A stretch of DNA of 64,000 bases from Cenococcum geophilum. Lineage: Eukaryota. Below, in pieces: positions 61,102-64,000 of the stretch (its first letter is position 1; the number at the start of each line of letters is the position of its first letter). Made by a program: the position numbers and the translations under genes. The DNA lies in assembly GCA_050273025.1 (NCBI GenBank), contig CP158635.1, positions 23,870,001 to 23,934,000 of the forward strand, in the 5' to 3' direction. Under the pieces are notes generated by a model that made no database searches, was not told the origin of the DNA, and worked only from the letters and a program-made list of their open reading frames with translations.

Positions 61102-64000
61102 TGTCACAGTGCTACAATGAAGTAGACTGAATAACTACGTTGTGGTATGAAGAGGGGAAGAAGGTGGAAAGGGGGTATTGTATATAAATAGTAGGGCCGG
61201 CCGCCAAGTCGTTAGTGGTGGGCTAGCCAACAGTAGGGAATAGTACGAGATAGTATGAAACAGTATGCGTCAGGTCAGTGCCGTAACAGTACTCCTCTCC
61301 CCTAGACAGTTTAGTCCCTAAACTGAATAAATAACTTAAAAATAGGCAGTATACAGGGTTGCCTATTTTCTACCGCAAAGATATTAGTTCCGCTTACCGC
61401 CCTTAACTAAGCTAATAGCGATTTTCTATGCCGGGCATAGAAAATCCTAATTAGTTAGTTTAGTAAGTAAGGTTAGTAGAACTCTATACTACCACCTAAA
61501 TTAGTCCGTGTAGCGTTTCTTGGCGAGAATTTAGCTAATTAGACAACTTTAACCGCTAGTTAAAGTTCTATAATATCTTAACCACCACAAATTTTAATAC
61601 GGTGGTCGGCCGTAACCTTAGCGTGACTTTTCCTTATCTTATACCTAGTCTAGGGGTTTTAGCTTCTTAGGGTGTTGCTTATAGAAGCGCTATACAGCTT
61701 ATTTATAACCCTTTAGGTCTTCCTTTAGCTGCTAGGTTGTATCCTTATAATATTTCCATTTAATCTTATAAGTTAGGCCCTAGGGGTCTTCGTTATATAT
61801 ATTAAAGATTTTCTTAAACTCCTATTTGTCTTCTATGTTGCCGTTATTATCTCTCTCTACTACTCGTCCTTATATATTACGGCGCTCTATAGTATTAATA
61901 TTTGCTTAGCTAGGGATCTCTTTAGCAGCTTAGAGGCGGACCTTAGATATATAAAAGGATTTATTTACTTAGATATAGTCCGGGAGGTTTACTATAACTA
62001 CCCCTTAGTATACTACGAGTATAGGGTACAGGCCATCCCATTTATTATCCCATTTCTTCTTAGGTCTATTTATCTTTATATTTTCTAAGCTAACTATAAC
62101 TATATTACCTTCATAGAATAACGCGCTCTCGTCCCTATAGGTATTAGTATTATCTTTATAGCGTTACTATAAAATCCAGGCTAGGGCCTTAAGCTATATT
62201 AATATCCGCTTAAAGCGGTTAGCTATAGAGTCTGCGCGGAAGAACTCCTTCTTTACTTATACTAATAGTATTAGTAGATAGGGGCTAGCAGGCTTAATTC
62301 CGAGGTAAGGGTTAAAGCCATAGTTTATAAAAAACGGGGAGATGCCTATGCTCTTATTAACTTAGTTATTTATAGCAAACTTAGTAAGCGGTAGGTAGTT
62401 AACCTAGTCGTCCTATATAAAGCTAACAAAAGTATAAAGGTATTTATTTACGGCGGCGTTAATAATTTTAGTTTAGCCGTCCGTTTCTGGGTACTAGGCT
62501 AAGCTTAGTTATAAGGTTATCTTAAGGTGTTTACTTAGTTATCGCCAGAAGTTGCTAATAAATTATATGCCGTAATTAGAGATAATTGTGCTTAGTACAC
62601 CGTAGAGCTTATATATGTTGTTAATAAAGCTATTAACTAACTCCTCTATTAAGAGTCCTATTACTAGAACGAGGTGTTATATTTTAGTTAGGCGGTCTAT
62701 AATAATAAGGATATATTTATATACCTTACCGTGGCGTTAGTATACTAGCAGCGTTATAATATAGTTAATTAAGATATCGGTCTATGGGCAGGCGGGTAAT
62801 TCTAGTGGCTTTAAAAAACCGGGCGGGGTAAAACGGGGGGTCTTAGTGCAAATGTATAGGGTATAGTCTTTAACAAAGGTAGCTGTAAACTAGGAGATTC
62901 CTAGCCACTAGTATATTTAGTTTAAGAGGTTAAGAGTCTTAACCTAGCTAGGGTAACTAGCGGGGCCGCTACTATAAGAGTAATAGGTAACTTTTAGGCG
63001 GAGGTCTAGGGCGTTAGGGACGAAGAGACGTTAGCGGAAGTAAATCTATCCGTTAATAATACTATATTCTAACTTATCGCAACAAAGTAATTTCCTAATT
63101 TTCTTTAGCTAATAGCGAGCTTTCCAATTACGTAGGGCTGCTACTATATCTCTTGCGAGTTTATTCTCCTAGTATCCTAACTAAATTAACTTATCTAGTA
63201 ACTTTTTAGCTATTTTAGGGTCTAAAGCGGCTATAAACTCCGCGTTATTAGAGTTATAGGACTTATATAGTAATTCTTCTAAGATTATAAGGTTAACTTT
63301 CTAGGGCGGTATAATAACTTGGGCTCAGTAGCAAAGGCGTTTATTATTAACGTCCTTAGGCCTTATTCCTAGTAGCTAGCTTAGGGCGTTAGGGAGCATA
63401 GCTTTGCTATTAGGTCTATATATAATTACAAAGTTAAACTATAAAAGAAACTCTGCCTACCAGACTTAGCGCTAGTTTAGCTGCTTAGTAGTTATAAACG
63501 TCTATAGGTTCTTATAGTTGGTAATAATTTTAAACGGCTTCTTAGTCCCTTATAGCTTAGGACGCTATTCCTCTAAAGCCTTAATAATAGCTAGGAGTTC
63601 TTTATTATAGATCTTATAGTTATATTCTAGCGCGGAGTACTTTATAAAGAAGAATGCGACTAGTCTTAATTTTCCGTTATTATTATACTAGGAAAGGACT
63701 CCGCCAAAAGCCCAATTTAATACATCTATCTCTACCACTGTTTTCTTTATATAGTTATAGTATGCTAGTACTAGTGCTAAAGTAAAGGCTCCCTTAAGGG
63801 CCTTAAACGATTTAGCTTGTTCTAGTCCCTATAGCCATTTAATATCCTTCTTTAGAAGTTTTGTCATAGGTATAGCAATAGCAGAGTAGCCTTAAATAAA
63901 TTATTAGTAAAAGTTCGTAAAGCTAAGAAATTATTATAGTTCTTTAATTAATATCGGGTCCTTCTATTCCTATAAGGCCTATATCTTCTTAGGGTCCATA
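61102..64000 (-). mobile_element. 3' part of a second Ty3/Gypsy chromovirus (runs off the window), RIP-inactivated
   Basis: 187-bp 3' LTR 61102-61288 preceded on the minus strand by PPT GGGGAGAGGAGTAC. Chromodomain relic (YKIKWKY...TW...EDL about 61700-61830), integrase (P.TDG.T about 62470-62490, GFLKPLELP about 62800) and RNase H region about 63400-63750. Confidence 0.88.

Noticed and set aside
1..64000. tRNA or rRNA genes
   Set aside because: None recognised by eye; tRNAscan-SE or Infernal would be needed to exclude them.

Overview
Eukaryotic, intron-containing DNA from a transposon-rich filamentous ascomycete (Pezizomycotina; a Dothideomycete is plausible but not provable here). AT-rich blocks mutated by RIP alternate with GC-balanced gene islands. 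Left (about 4.1-24.7 kb): a TE graveyard with a TA-flanked MITE, a 613-bp long-TIR element and a nested stack. In the stack, a MITE copy was hit by a solo LTR and by a Tad1-like LINE with a 16-bp TSD, and the LINE was split by a full Gypsy chromovirus carrying an extra spliced antisense gene. A DUF3176-like gene and a BTB/POZ gene flank this block. Middle (about 25-45 kb): housekeeping genes TOM22, TOM40, a PFK2/FBPase2-like gene, MOD5 tRNA-IPT, a CAF16-like ABC ATPase, a heme oxygenase-like gene, a C2H2 TF, a UBE2J/UBC6-like E2 and an MFS sugar porter. Right (45-64 kb): a stand-alone HET gene lies directly downstream of an 8-exon, about 2,100-aa fusion of a sacsin/NO VEIN-type GHKL ATPase, a degenerate nuclease-like module and a HET domain. 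That fusion is interrupted by a 162-bp solo LTR. A full Copia element with non-canonical TG...AA termini and the 3' half of a second Gypsy element follow. The GHKL-nuclease-HET plus HET pair is the best candidate for an uncharacterised fungal immunity/allorecognition module. All family assignments come from motif recognition by eye; no database search was run.
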